The notes below the pieces were generated by a model, which saw only the letters and a program-made list of their open reading frames with translations, searched no databases and was not told where the DNA came from. Shown here one piece after another: positions 35,620-56,592 of a stretch of DNA of 64,000 nt; within the stretch, counting starts at the first letter, position 1; every line of letters starts with the position of its first letter. This DNA comes from the human T2T-CHM13v2.0 reference genome, Homo sapiens. The position numbers and the translations under genes were made by a program. The stretch is from the NCBI RefSeq assembly GCF_009914755.1, contig NC_060944.1; one strand, 5' to 3'.

Positions 35620-35822
35620 AGGCAGGGACTCTGGAGTCAGGCTGCCTGGATTCAAACCCCATCTTATTAGCTGCTGCATAGTGAACTCTGGACTTCAGAG
35701 TTCCCGTCTGTAAAATGGGGAAAGTAGCTGTTACACCAGGTGGCTACATGAATTAAATGGGATATAAAGTGTTAAGCACAATGCGTGGCACACAATAGGT
35801 GTACAACAAAAGTTAGCTATGA
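35620..35822 (+). mobile_element. MIR
   Basis: gactctggagtcaggctgcctggattcaaacc..tctgtaaaatgggg. Confidence 0.8.
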
Positions 35823-35846
35823 AAGTCCTTTAAAAATGCACCTTTT

Positions 35847-36132
35847 GGGCCGGGGGCGGTGCTCACACCTGTAATCCCACTACTGTGGGAGGCCAAGGCA
35901 GGTGGATCACCCAAGGTTAGGAATTCAAGACCATCCTGGCCAACATGTTGAAACCCCATCTCTACTAAAAATACAAAAATAATAGCTAGGCGTGGTGGCA
36001 GGCACCTGTAAGCCCAGTTACTCAGGAGGCTGAGGCTTGAACCCAGGAGGTGGAGGTTGCAGTGAGCTGAGATCGCACCGCTGCGCTCTAGCTTGGGCTA
36101 CAAGAGCAAAATGCTGTCTCAAAAAAAAAAAA
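35847..36132 (+). mobile_element. AluS
   Basis: TSD aaaaatgYacctttt. Confidence 0.9.
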
Positions 36133-36142
36133 TGTACCTTTT

Positions 36143-36638
<496 letters not shown>

Positions 36639-36929
36639 TCATCAATGCTTATGCCAAATATTTACTGAAATTAAAATCTGCAAATGTACTCTCAGGTTTT
36701 CATGCATCGAGGCCATAAAATCTGTTTGTGAAATAATTTCCCAAATTGGTTTTTAAAATGTGTGGCTATTTTGGGAAATACCGCTTTCTATATCATTGGC
36801 TGATCCAATGTCATGATGTATACAGGCACTAGTGAGCCATGGTGGGTATCAGAGCAGAGGGTGAGCAGCACCACAAAAGTTCTAAGTTGGGATGAATATC
36901 CTGGCTGAAACAAAGAGGTAGAATGAAGT

Positions 36930-37065
36930 CCAGAAATCAGAACAACTGGTTTGAGTCTCAATTATACGGTTGCCACCTATGTGACCCAGAGCCAGTCACT
37001 CAGATTCTCTGAGCCTTAGTCCCTCCATCTGTAGAATGGGCATAATAATCATACTTACTTCAGAG
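36930..37065 (+). mobile_element. MIR
   Basis: ctctgagcct..catctgtagaatggg. Confidence 0.65.
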
Positions 37066-37109
37066 ACATAAGATTTAACAGATTTAAACTTAAAAAAAAG
37101 TTACTTCTG

Positions 37110-37398
<289 letters not shown>

Positions 37399-37445
37399 GT
37401 TACTTCTAACAGGACTTAGGTTTAAATTAAAAAAAAAAAGACTCA

Positions 37446-38255
<810 letters not shown>

Positions 38256-38792
38256 TTAGCTGTATGACTCTGGACACCTTCCCTTACCTCCCTGAGCCCT
38301 ATGGCCTCATGAATAATATGGGAATTAATCACGATAGCACACAACCAACCCTAGGAGACTCTCCATAGATGTATGTTTCTTAAAAATGGAAAATGGCCTT
38401 TTTCATAATGGGATTCCATGTGGAAACTATGAACATCGCATAATTCTTATGCATCTGTCTTTTTGTTCTTAAACTTGTGGCTGAAATACCCATCAGTCAG
38501 GTCATGCCTCCAAACTTGATTACCTTCAGATTCCAAAGGACAATGGCCTTCACATGACAATAGCCGCTATCTCTTAGGAGGATAATCAAATAAGAGCATC
38601 TAATTCAAGAACACTGGAATGTGAGCTCTATGGGTGCTGAAACCTCAACTAGGTGATTAGTGAATATCCCAGGGGTTGAAATAGACCAAGAAAACCAGAG
38701 ACCACGAAGGCCCTGCTCTTTTCTCTGCTTAACCCAAACTACAAGATCTCCCATATTCAGTTCTGATTGGCAGTTGAATGTAATGGTAATGA

Positions 38793-39300
<508 letters not shown>

Positions 39301-39335
39301 GTATCAGGCAGCAATAAGTGGCCGCTATTTTCCTG

Positions 39336-39645
<310 letters not shown>

Positions 39646-39655
39646 TATTTTCCTG

Positions 39656-39665
39656 TTTCTTTTTC

Positions 39666-39701
<36 letters not shown>

Positions 39702-39986
39702 TTTTGAGGCAGAGTCTTGTTCTGTCGCCTAGGCTGGAGTTCAGTGGTGCAATCTCGCCTCAATGCAAGCTCCGCCTCCTGTGTTCATGCCATTCTCCTG
39801 CCTCAGCCTCCTGAGTAGCTGGGACTACAGGCACCTGCCACCACGCCCGGCAAATGTTTTGTATTTTTAGTAGACACGGGGTCTCGCCGTGTCAGCCAGG
39901 ATGGTCTCGATCTCCTGACCTCGTGATCCACCCGCCTCAGCCTCCCAAAGTGCTGGGATTACAGGCATGAGCCACCGCACCCGGCT
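39656..39986 (-). mobile_element. AluY/Sc
   Basis: Full Alu. Confidence 0.92.
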
Positions 39987-40114
39987 TATTTTCACGTTTC
40001 TTGAATGTTTGGTAGAAGTGTAAACCTGCTTACGTCTGGTGTGTGTGGGCATGTTTACGCATGTATGTATGCATGTACACATGTATGCATATATGTTAGC
40101 TACTAATTTAATTT

Positions 40115-40480
40115 TCTCAACACAGGTCTATTTAGGATTCTGGAGTCTCTTGGTTCAGTTTTGGTAAATAATGTTTCTCTAGGAAGTTGTTAATTTTGCA
40201 GTGTTCAACTTTTTTTGGCATGAATTTTTTACAGTATTAAATTTCAGTTATTACTCTCTTCTGCATCTGCAGTTATGCTCTCTTTTTATCCCTAATATTT
40301 TTATGCATTTGTTCTTTTTTATTAGCACTTAGTAGACTAGTAGATTATTAGTCTTTCCAAAGAACCAGCTTTGGATTAGCTAGTTTTTTCTGTGAAACTG
40401 TTTGCTATATAATTTTAAAAATTACCTCTATTACCTTCTTCCTTCTGCTTTCTTTGGATTACTTTTTTTTTTTTTAACCT
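40115..40480 (-). mobile_element. Old L1M fragment
   Basis: T-rich; gtctttccaaagaaccagcttt motif of antisense L1 ORF2. Confidence 0.55.
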
Positions 40481-40485
40481 AATAG

Positions 40486-40856
<371 letters not shown>

Positions 40857-41089
40857 TTATGCATATGCTTGATAAATGTGAACTGTTATTATTATCTTCA
40901 TGTCTCAGTTTCATCACCTCTAAAATGGGTCCATGGACGGATTAAATAAGGTCATCTGGGTAAAGTACTTGGCTCATACATGTTACTTGGGATCAGTATT
41001 ATTCCCCGGATGTACAAAATACTTGTCATTCATTATAACAGTCACGACTGTGCCCAGGGGTGAGCAAAAGCCTCAGTGTCCTCAAGGGT

Positions 41090-41268
41090 CCCAGGATCAG
41101 CCACAGAATTTGCAGGGCATGGTGCAAATGAAAACATAGGGCCTCTTGTTAAAAATGTTATTAAGAATTTCAAGATGGCCACAGCAGAGCATTAAGCCAA
41201 GCTAGAACCTGTCTGAGCTCGGGGCCCTGTGTAACTGCAAGGGTTGCATGTCCCAGAAGTTGGCCCTG
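41090..41268 (-). mobile_element. MER45A (hAT-Tip100)
   Basis: ttattaagaatttcaagatggccacagcagagcattaa..ggccctg. Confidence 0.8.
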
Positions 41269-42120
41269 TCCTCTCTCAAGGTCACCTGGGCAGAAAGCTG
41301 TTGTTTGGGTCTTGAAGGATGAGTTTTGTAAAGGCCCCTTGCCCTGCCCCTTCACACATGTGCATTCTCATTCTTCTAACTAATTCCAGGACCTTGGAAT
41401 TCCATCTGACCCCTAAGGGCTGCTCCTAATGCAATCCGGGGGAACACTAGATTCAGAGTCAGCCCCCAAATCAAAGGCCAGCACAAAACCCTGGATAAAT
41501 TACAGCTGTTATAAAGAAGCCACCTCTTCACCCTTGTTCTCATTTTCCTTGCATTTATAGTCACAACTCAATGAAGCCATCAACATTTGCTATTCATAAA
41601 CTTGTTGGATAAGCAAGGCTGATGGGCTCACAGTGATAACTAGAGGCACTAAAGAAAGTGACAAGCTTCAAATTGGAGGCCAAGCCATACTTCTAAATGT
41701 ACAGCATATTTTAAAAAAGAATGTGTGATGGTTTATATTGATGTGGCTCAGAATAACATATTTCTATAAGAAACTGTTAAATGAATTTGCAAAAAGGCTA
41801 AGTTGGCTTATGTGCTATATGTATGCGTAGACAAACATCATGGAAATACTAGAGTTTTCTCTGTTGTAAATGCTGCTGCTGTCCAACATGAATCGGCACC
41901 ATGTCCTCCTTGCATCAGCTGGCATCCCTGTAGCATTGATCACATACATGCCAGGTCTCCTGCTGGCATCTTTAAAGGACTATCTCATTTAGTTTTCTCA
42001 ACCCCTGTATGGCTAGTAAGCTACCCAAGTTCACTTAAAAAGTGGGTGAGCTAGGTTTACAACCCACCTGTCTGACCACAAAGCCTATGTTCTAAGCCAC
42101 TATCCAAAATAGTCACCCAG

Positions 42121-42423
42121 GGCCAGGTGCAGTGGTTCACACCTGTGATACCAGCACTTTGAGAGGCCAAGGCTGAAAGATTGCTTGAGCCTAGGAGTTC
42201 AAGACCAGCCTGGACAACATAGTGAGATCTCATTTCTACCAAAAAATTTAAAAATTAGCTGGGTGTGGTGGTGTGTGCCTGTAGTCTCAGCTACTTGGGA
42301 GGCTGAGGTGGGAGGATCACTTGAGTCTGGGAGGTCAAGGCTGCAGTGAGCTGTGGTCGTGCCACTGCACTCCAGCCTGGGCAACAGAGTGAGACTTTGT
42401 CTCAAAAAAAAAAAAAAAAAAAA
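42121..42423 (+). mobile_element. AluJ
   Basis: Full Alu. Confidence 0.92.
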
Positions 42424-42544
42424 TTACCCTGTCATATCGAGTGACAAAAAGAGATCAAGATACCAGAAAAATAATACAAATGTATTTAATAAAAACTGTA
42501 CTAAGACCTTTACATCTCCTATTGGTGTTGTGAAGAAGGTCTGA

Positions 42545-42862
42545 TTATTTATTTATTTTTTTGAGACGGAGTTTTGCTTTTGTTGCCCAGGCTGGAGTGC
42601 AATGGTGTGATTTCGGCTCATGGCAAACTCTGCCTCCTGGCAAACTCTGCCTCCCAGGTTCAAGTGATTCTTCTGTCTCAGCCTCTCCAGTAGCTGGGAT
42701 TACAGGTATGTGCCACCACGCCCGGCTAATTTTGTATTTTCAGTAGAGATGGGGTTTCTCCATGTTGGTCAGGCTAGTCTTGAACTCCCGACTTCAGGTG
42801 ATCCACCTGCCTTTGCCTCCCAAAGTGCTGGGACTACAGGCCTAAGCCACTGCGCCTGGCTA
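42545..42862 (-). mobile_element. AluSp with 18-bp internal duplication
   Basis: tggcaaactctgcctcc twice; TSD aggtcYgattatt. Confidence 0.92.
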
Positions 42863-42955
42863 GGTCCGATTATTATTATCCCGATACGGCAGATGAGCAA
42901 ACTAAGGCTTGGGGAGGTTGAACAACAAAGGCTGTGCAGCTAGTGATGGATTTAG

Positions 42956-43298
<343 letters not shown>

Positions 43299-43837
43299 GA
43301 GACACTTATTTTCTTTGAAGCAATGGAGAACTGTGTGGCCAACTTTTAAATTATTCGTTACTTATTTTTTCCATTCAACATGGAACATATTTAGCCTTTA
43401 GTGGTCCAAATGTTGAGAGGTAGAGGAGCATGTAGGGCTCAAAATCCTGAAGCCACAGGAAAAGAAAAGAAAAATACGTGGCTTGATGCTAGTGAGGAAA
43501 GAGTTAAAAATTATCTTGCTTGTCTGACTTAGACATTGCTGGACGAGGCCAGAAACTTTTCTCCCCCCAGAAAATGTTATAAGTAAACACTGTATGTAAT
43601 AGATCTGTACTCTCTAATTGTAAGCCCTGGACAGCACTGGAAGGTTACAGGAGACACAGGCACAGACAATATAGAGGGCTGGAAGTGAAAGAGGTTTCTT
43701 TTCTCTTCTTTTATCATAGGTTTGTTTTTATTTAAATTTGGAGAATATTTAAAGCAACTGAAAAGTACAGAATAAAGTATAACAAACACTTACAGCTTCA
43801 CTACTTAAGATTACTAAATATAACCATTGTGTTGTAG

Positions 43838-44161
<324 letters not shown>

Positions 44162-44426
44162 GATACTATTTTAATTAAAAATAAGACAGTACTGATAAAG
44201 TTGAGCCCACTGGACCTCAATGCCTCCCCAGGAGCTATGGCTATCATGAAACTGATGTTTCCTTCCAGCCCATGTTAATCAGTTTAGTAATAAATGTATG
44301 TGTCCATGTCTATGTGTGTATATGTATTTACCTGTATCTTTAAATGCTATAAGGTATTCTTAATTTATATACATAGTTTCTTCTTTTATTCATCCTTTTG
44401 TTTTTAAGATGTAACATGTTGGCCAG

Positions 44427-44561
44427 GAGCCACTGCGCTCAGCCCCATCTGCTATATTTAAAATAATTATCTGCCTTTACCAGATGACAGATGAATGGAT
44501 TTAAAAAATGTGGTATATACATACAATAAAATATTATTCAGCCTTAAAAAAGAAGGAAATA
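44427..44561 (+). repeat. Dispersed duplicate of 62724-62852
   Basis: Co-linear Alu end, unique spacer and L1 start shared by both sites. Confidence 0.9.
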
Positions 44562-45080
<519 letters not shown>

Positions 45081-45447
45081 TTACTTTCCTCTTGATACGG
45101 TACTCTCCAAGCTATCACAGAGAAATTTATCCTGGTCTTGCATCCCTCTTACCAACTGGGGACTAACAAGTATGGTCAATCCGAGCTCTTCACCCAGCCT
45201 GTGGATCCAAGGAGATGCAAGGTGTTGGCAGCCCATCCCTGCCGCTCCTCCCTGTCTGGGTGCCCTGCAGCTCCTGGCCACCCTTTGCTCCTGGCATATG
45301 CCAAGCTCTTCCCAGCTTCCAGAGCTTGCTCTAGTTGTTCTTGGGCCTCTGATGTCCTTCCCCAGACTTCTGCTGTCCATCAGGTCGCCACATGGCCCAG
45401 GTGGTGACTCCACACTTGAGATGTGACTGGTGCATGGGAGGAACTGG

Positions 45448-45748
<301 letters not shown>

Positions 45749-45802
45749 AGAACTGGATTTTTCATTTTACTTAATCTGCATTAAAACTTCAAAACTGATA
45801 AA

Positions 45803-45885
45803 TTCACTCAGTAGTTAGAAAACATCTAATAACTTCACTCAGTAATTAGAAAACATCTAACAACTTCACTCAGTTATTAGAAAAC
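45803..45885. repeat. 31-bp tandem repeat, ~2.7 copies
   Basis: ttcactcagt..ttagaaaac at 45803, 45834, 45865. Confidence 0.9.
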
Positions 45886-45994
45886 TTTTAAGTATCTTTA
45901 GTACAACTGGGATATAGGAATCTACCTTTGTGACTGTCAACTGTATGAAACCTGAATTCAGATCAAGTACTTCTAGTGAGAATTTACAGTCTAG

Positions 45995-46370
<376 letters not shown>

Positions 46371-46489
46371 TTTCATCTACTTTTTAAAAAACATTTTTGA
46401 AAATCATTTTGAAATGACAATATTTTGGAAAAAAATAGATTAAATAAAAATAAAAGATATTATTAAAATTATTTTACTTGGTTTTTTCC

Positions 46490-46623
46490 TTTTTATTTAT
46501 TTATTTAGAGACAGGGTCTCACTGCATTTCATAGGCTGGCCTCAAACTCCTGGGCTCAACTTGTGTTCTCACATCAATGTCCCGAGTAGCTGGGACTATA
46601 GGTGTGTGCCACCATGCCTGGCT
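46490..46623 (-). mobile_element. FLAM-like Alu monomer
   Basis: Monomer consensus. Confidence 0.8.
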
Positions 46624-46748
46624 TGTTGTACCTGTTTTTTCTGTGTTCTTTTTAAAAATCTTTTAAAACTGGCTATGAGAAAATTTAACACTACATATGA
46701 GTTGAATATAATAAAATGTATTATTAAATAAACAAATAAGCAAAATTA

Positions 46749-47147
<399 letters not shown>

Positions 47148-47169
47148 ATATTAAAATTGTTTCTACCCA

Positions 47170-47249
47170 TTTCTTCTTTCTTCCTCCTCCGTCTCCCCCT
47201 CCTCCCCCTCCTCCTCCTTTTCCTCCTCCTCCTTCTTCTTTTCTTCTTC
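47170..47249. repeat. Near-pure polypyrimidine (CCT/CTT)n tract
   Basis: Visible. Confidence 0.9.
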
Positions 47250-47254
47250 ATATT

Positions 47255-47377
47255 ATTATAAGACTGGGTCTCATTATGTTGCCCAGGGTAGATTCAAACT
47301 CCTAGGCTCAAGCCATCCTCCTACCTCATCCTCCTGAGAAACTCTGAGACTACAGGCTCACACCACTGCATACGGCT
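47255..47377 (-). mobile_element. FLAM-like Alu monomer
   Basis: TSD acccatttctt. Confidence 0.8.
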
Positions 47378-47456
47378 CACCCATTTCTTTTTACCCTTTT
47401 AAAATATAGCTACTAGAAAATATAATAGTACATATGGATCTAAATATAATAAAATA

Positions 47457-47608
47457 GGCCAGGCACAGTGGCTCATGCCTATAGTCCTAGCTACTCAGGA
47501 GGCTGAGGCAAGAGGACTGCTTGGGCCCAGGAGTTCGAGGTGGAAATGAGATATGAATGTGCCACTGCACTCCAGCCTGGGTGACAGAACAAGACACTGT
47601 CTCAGAAA
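47457..47608 (+). mobile_element. FRAM-like Alu monomer
   Basis: Monomer consensus. Confidence 0.82.
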
Positions 47609-47781
47609 TATATATCTAGTATTATTAAATAAGTAACAAAATAAAAATATATATAATAAATTATAATAGAAATAAACTAAAAATATAAAATATATTAAAT
47701 TATTTCCATACATTTCCTTTTACTTTTTAAAATCTGGCTACTAGAAAATTTTAGCATTACAGACATGGCTCACATTACTTC

Positions 47782-48068
47782 TTTTTTTTTTTTTTTTTTG
47801 AGACAGAGTCTCACTCTGCCACCCAGGCTGGTACAGTACATTTGGGGCAAGCGTAGCTCACTGCAACCTCTATCTCCTGGGCTCAGCCTCCTGAGTAGCT
47901 GGGACTACAGGTGTGCACCACCACACCTGGCTAATTTTTGTATTTTTTTGTAGAGACAGGGTCTCACTATGTTGCCCATGCTGGTCTCAAATCCCTGGAT
48001 TCAAGCAATCCACCTGCCTCTGCCTCCCAAAATGTTGGGATTACAGGCATGAGCCACCGCGCCCGGCT
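47782..48068 (-). mobile_element. AluJ
   Basis: Diverged Alu. Confidence 0.88.
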
Positions 48069-48109
48069 GCACGTTACATGTCTAATGGGAGCGCTAGCCA
48101 CATCTTCCT

Positions 48110-48390
48110 GAGTTGTTCTCCTTCTTCTCATTCAGATCTTTACTTTGTCATCACCTCCCCAGTGGGGTCTTTCCTAACCATGCAGAATCTATGCACTTAG
48201 CCCCTGTCCCACTGTCCTGTCCCATTGCTTATTACCACCTGCCATTTTGGGGTTCTTTGTTGTTCGTCTCTCCACTAGAACATAAGCACTTTCTCAATGA
48301 AGTGTCTGCTCTCTTGTTCACGCAGCCTGCTAAGTGTTAGAACAGTGTCAGCCTCCTGGTTTTCACTCATAAATATTCGTTGCATCAACT
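48110..48390 (+). mobile_element. L2 3' fragment
   Basis: tctctccactagaacataagc..actcataaatattcgttg. Confidence 0.6.
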
Positions 48391-49832
48391 CATCCTGATC
48401 ATTTCTTATGAAAATTTTCAAGAATTATACAAAACAAACTATAAGTGTACACATACAGCCAATTCAAGGTCTCAGGACTATTTAACTTGAAATTCAACAT
48501 TGAGAGACAGCATCCTTTTCTACTTTGGATTCCACAGAATTTGATCTAATTATGTTTAATTTGCCACCCAGCCTCCCTGAAAAGTGGATGCACAGGATGG
48601 GATGGAAGAAAAGAAAGATACAGTTTGGATTTATGTAGGAAGCATGTTTGCCTGCAGCTTGATAAAAGATCATGGCCTGAACCAAAAAAAAAAAAAAAAA
48701 AAAAAATCAATCAATCATTCCTTTCTTGATGGCCATTTTAAATATTTAGCTGAAATTGTCCTCATCTGGGTGTCAGCTGTTTTCTCTGCAAACACCCATC
48801 ACCCTTGTGGTCACACACAATGCTGGGATGGCGGGGGGAGCCCCAGCTGCAGGACACCTCTTGTGTTTTCAATTTAAAGCCTCTGGGTTGATAGTTCACA
48901 TTAACATGGAAAGAAATATACAACTTACGAGTTGGGAAAGCAGTTTTTACTCATAAAACCCTTTGATAGTTTAGCCATCTGGTCAGAGTGAAGGCCCCCA
49001 TAAAAGAGACCCAAATAAGGTTAAAGGGCACAGTCTCTGAGGGTCAAGGAAGCCTACCAGAGTTTGCTCTAGTGGACTCTGCTAAAAGGATGCCTGACAA
49101 ATTATTGTGCATTCCATAGCTTTTTGCGTAAGTATTTGATTACAGTGGACAGGAATGTTGTTGATATTTTCAACCTTGAGTTGGGGAGGAGGGGAGGCCG
49201 GACCTCTGCTTTTCAGACGCTCATAGTCCCTGCCCGTGTGGGGAGACGTGCTCTAAGCATTTTATCAAATGGTGTTTGTTCTGCTCTGGGCTCTATCTGT
49301 TCATTCGAAGTCTCTTGGCTTTGGCAATGGTGTGAAGAGATAGTTTCCTCTGTCTTGCGGAGAAAAAAAAACACACAAAAAACCACGTTGCATTTCTCTG
49401 ACTCGCCAGGAAAGCCCCTCTGCTGTTTTTCTTGCTGTTTAGCAATAAAATCGGAAAGGAGACCACAATACTTGGAGCTCTGTGCTATTTCCGGTGTGAA
49501 TGTCAACAGAACTCAGCATATTTATGGCTTTATTTCTCAGAGGGGATCACAGACAGAAGGGAATCTGAAGTGACTAAGCGCCACGTTCTTTGGCGGCCTG
49601 GACAAAAGCAGAGGAAATCACTTGATTTTATGGAGTCTTTGATAACACAAGTACAGTAAGTAAATGGCAGGTCTTTGAGCAGCTCTAGTACACATCTTAG
49701 ATTTCTACAAAGTTCCAAGAAGGCAGCTCTTTCACTTGAAATTCAGAAGAATGAAGACATGATCTGAACACACTTCTTGGCGTGGCTTCGGAAGATGTTG
49801 TTTGTTATGCCTTAAGGAGAGGGACTGTTTCA

Positions 49833-50387
<555 letters not shown>

Positions 50388-50607
50388 TTACCTTTGTGCA
50401 CAAATGCATCCTACATGACATATCACATTACAGAAAATATCAGAGGCTAGTAGGTTTTAGAAGTTATAGGATTGGGAAAGTAGTTTTTTACTTTTACCAA
50501 ATTAAACAAATTAATGCTTGAGAAAATGCTTTGCAAAATGCAAACCTATAGAATCTATGCATACACTATCCATTCCATCAGTCAACAAAAAGTTATTGAG
50601 CCCCAAA

Positions 50608-51050
50608 TCAGTTAGGATTAGGTCTGGCTAGGAAAGATAGAAAACTTAAAGTAACAGTGGTTTAAACACAGAGAGAAGTTTATTTTTCTTGCATATCTAT
50701 AGGCAGTACAGAGCCAATATGGTGATTTCATGATTATCAGGAACTGGGGCTCGTTCTATCTGTTCTACTATTCTCAACTTGTAGTTTTCACTGTGGTTCA
50801 ATATGGAAGCATGAGCTCCGGAGAGCACGTCAACATTTACCTAGCAGTAAAGAGGAGGGGCAGCAGATAGACCCCACTCCTTCCCTAAGGCTGTTATTGG
50901 GAAGTCGCCTGTGACACATGCATTTACATCTCATTTTTCAGAACAGTCACATGACCATACCTAGTTGTAAGGGAAGCTGGGAAATGTAGTCTTTATTCTG
51001 GACAGCAAAGAATCCTGTTAACAGTAAGGGTTTCTGTTTATAGGGAAGAA
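50608..51050 (-). mobile_element. MLT1J/K-like MaLR LTR relic
   Basis: gtcacatgaccatacctagttgtaagggaagctgggaaatgtagt. Confidence 0.65.
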
Positions 51051-51149
51051 AAGAATGGCTAACTAAGGTAAAGGGCAGCCTCTCCCATAGGTTCCCACCA
51101 TGTGCCATTTATGAAACACTGACGGCAGAGCATATTAATACGTCAGCTT

Positions 51150-51493
51150 TGCTATGGTTTGGCTGTGTCCCCACCCAAATTTCATCTTGAATTCCCACGC
51201 GTTGTGGGAGGGACCCGGTGGGAGGTACTTGAATCATGGGGGCAGGTCTTTCCCATGCTGTTCTTGTGACAGTGAGTCTCATGAGACCTGATGGTATAAT
51301 GAGGGGAGTTTTCCTGACCAATCTCTTTGCCTGCCACCATCCACGTAAGATATGACTTGCTCCTGCTTGCCGTCTGCCATGATTGTGAGGCCTCCCCAGC
51401 CATGTGGAAGTCTAAGTCATTAAACCTCTTTCTTTAGTAAATTGCCCAGTCTCGGGTATGTCTTTATTAGCAGCGTGAAAACGGACTAACACA
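51150..51493 (+). mobile_element. THE1B solo LTR
   Basis: tgctatggtttggctgtgtccccacccaaat...ggactaacaca; perfect TSD agctt. Confidence 0.92.
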
Positions 51494-51728
51494 AGCTTAT
51501 ACTAGGAAAATAAAGTATGCTTCTCATTATTTATATATTTATTCATTCAACAACTATTGCTTGAGGGCTGTTCGTACGATCTATGAGATATGAGACATTT
51601 GGTGATAGAAAAACAAAGCAGAAGAAATCATTATATAATAAGAGAAACAGCTTGATTGGGGAGAGAAGCTTATGACCAATCATCACGAATATTTTTCCCT
51701 AAGAGAATAATTGAGGATATGCAGAAAG

Positions 51729-52029
51729 TTTTTTTTTTTTTTTTTTGAGACAGAGTCTTGCTCTGTTGCCCGGGCTGGAGTGCAGTGGCACAATCTCTGC
51801 TCACTGCAACCTCCACCTCCTGGGTTCAAGCAATTCTCTGCCTCAGCCTCCCGAGTAGCTGAGATTACAGGCATCCGCCACCAAGCCTGGCTAATTTTTT
51901 TTTGTATTTTTAGTAGAGATAGGGTTTCACCATCTTGGCTGGGCTGGTCTTGAACTCCTGACCTCATGATCCACCCGCCTCAGCCTCCAAAAGTGCTGGA
52001 ATTACAGGTGTTAGCCACCGGGCCCGGCC
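51729..52029 (-). mobile_element. AluS
   Basis: Full Alu. Confidence 0.92.
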
Positions 52030-52161
52030 ACAAAATTTTACCTATATAAGCTCACTGCACTTTTATGTAAACCAGCGAAAAATAGAAAGCAACTGAAATA
52101 GCCGGCTATTTTAACGATTAATTGTTGCACATAATTAAAAAACAATCTGGCAAAATCATAG

Positions 52162-52950
<789 letters not shown>

Positions 52951-53167
52951 CTAAACTGGAGAGATTGTGCACACAGACAGTGAGGAAATGAAACATGGCG
53001 GTGGTTCAGGAAAACAATTCCTTCTACAAAGGCTGGCCTGGGGCCAGGGGTGTTTTGACAGATCTGGGGACTGACTTGACCCAAGGATGACACATTTGAA
53101 TGTCCTCCCATCTATGGCCAAGGCTTTAATGCTGCATTGAGCTCACGTGTCAAGCTTGCTCCGATGA

Positions 53168-53561
<394 letters not shown>

Positions 53562-53851
53562 TGATCCTTGTCATTTTGCCCAGCACTCCTTGGCCCTCTG
53601 CCCACTCTCTGCTGACACCTAACACACAGCTCTGCAAAGACCTGTCTCTGGGTCTGACTCTCTCTTGAAGGTGAGCCACTGGCAGGCAGGCATGGGGTCT
53701 CCCTAGAGCAGGAGCTATTGCACAATCTGTTAAAAGAACAACCTCCACCTCTCCTTGTCAGAAAGCAACCATTCCCTCTTGCCAATCCAACTTGTTCTCT
53801 TCAAGAAGGCCTCAATTTTCACGTTTTCCCCCTTGAGGATTTAAATAAATA

Positions 53852-53914
53852 AACATGTCCTGCACTTGTATCCCAAAACTTACAATAAAATAAAATTAAA
53901 AATTAAAAAATAAA
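53852..53914 (+). mobile_element. Very short L1P 3' end
   Basis: tcctgcacttgtatcccaaaactta plus A tail. Confidence 0.6.
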
Positions 53915-54142
53915 CTGCAAACTATGGGAGTTAATGCTTTCAGGTGATCCTAGAGGGTGTCCATCCAAACCCCAAATAAAACCTCGATGTGTTAGTTAAT
54001 ACTTTTTCCAAAAACAAGGTTCTAGGTAGGACTTTTTTCTCTCCATCACTTTCTTTTTAATCTAGCAAATATACACGGACCATTTCCTGTGTTCTAGAAC
54101 ACATACCAAGCCATGTAATATAGTAAAATATAAGAAAAATGA

Positions 54143-54272
54143 TTTTTATATTTTTAGTAGAGATGGGGTTTCACCATGTTGGCCAGGCTGTTCTCGAACT
54201 CCTGGCCTCAAGTGACCTACCTGCCTCAGCCCAATGTGCTGGGATTACAAGCCTGAGCCACCATGCGCCAGG
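54143..54272 (-). mobile_element. Alu left arm
   Basis: TSD aaaatgattt. Confidence 0.85.
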
Positions 54273-54438
54273 TAAAATGATTTAACTGCCTTGTCGATGA
54301 GTGCCAGGAAAGAGAAGTTCTCAACACAACAGAGCTTATTTGAAGAGTCCTGACCCAGGTTTGGGAGAACATAGGGCGGGCAGTGGAGGCTTCCCAGAGG
54401 AATTACTTTTCATTTTCTGGATAAAAATATTAATATTG

Positions 54439-55049
<611 letters not shown>

Positions 55050-55297
55050 TTATTTCCATATGTAAATGAATGGGAACACTGTGCTAGAAGACATTGTAAA
55101 GAAGCCTGATGAGGATTCCAACTGATAACAGCCACGTTCGGATTTAGAAAAATGTAAGAGCAAGATCATGTGTGGACACTATTCCAATGAGAATGTACAG
55201 GTCAGACTTGTATCAGATAAGAAAATGCGAAATTATCTTAATTGACATTGAGAAAACAGGCCAAGGCATTATTGTTATAGAAAAAAGAGTAGAACAC

Positions 55298-55598
55298 AGC
55301 TGAGCATAGTGGCTCACACCTGTAATCCCAGCACTTTGGGAGGCTGAGGGGGTCCGGATCGCTTGAGGCCAGGAGTTCAACACCAGCCTGGCTAACATGG
55401 TGAAACCCCGTCTCTACTAAACATACAAAAATTAGCTAGGTGTGGTCATTCTCACCTGTAATCCCAGCTACCTGGGAGGCTGATGCACGAGAATCACTTG
55501 CACCCAGGAGGCAGAGGCTGCGGTGAGCTGAGATTGCGCCACTGCACTCCAGCCTGGGTGACAGAGCGAGACTCTGTCTCAAAAAAAAAAAAAAAACA
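55298..55598 (+). mobile_element. AluS
   Basis: Full Alu. Confidence 0.9.
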
Positions 55599-55676
55599 AC
55601 AGCAATCAGTGAGACAGAAGTACAGCCACATATTGAAATACTATACAGCTGTTTTTTAAAATATAGTTGGTAACAT

Positions 55677-56002
<326 letters not shown>

Positions 56003-56112
56003 CTACACTGGTGATACGGATCAATCTACAAGTTGAATATGTAGTGAAAAAAGCGAATGCAGATCAGTGTGTTTAGTGAATGTGCTTCCTCTGTAACAAT
56101 AAAAAGAGAGTA

Positions 56113-56592
<480 letters not shown>

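Noticed and set aside
45803-45885. CRISPR-like array
   Set aside because: Head-to-tail repeats without unique spacers, in primate DNA.
48683-48706. Isolated poly(A) as a processed-pseudogene tail
   Set aside because: No upstream mRNA-like sequence or convincing TSD.
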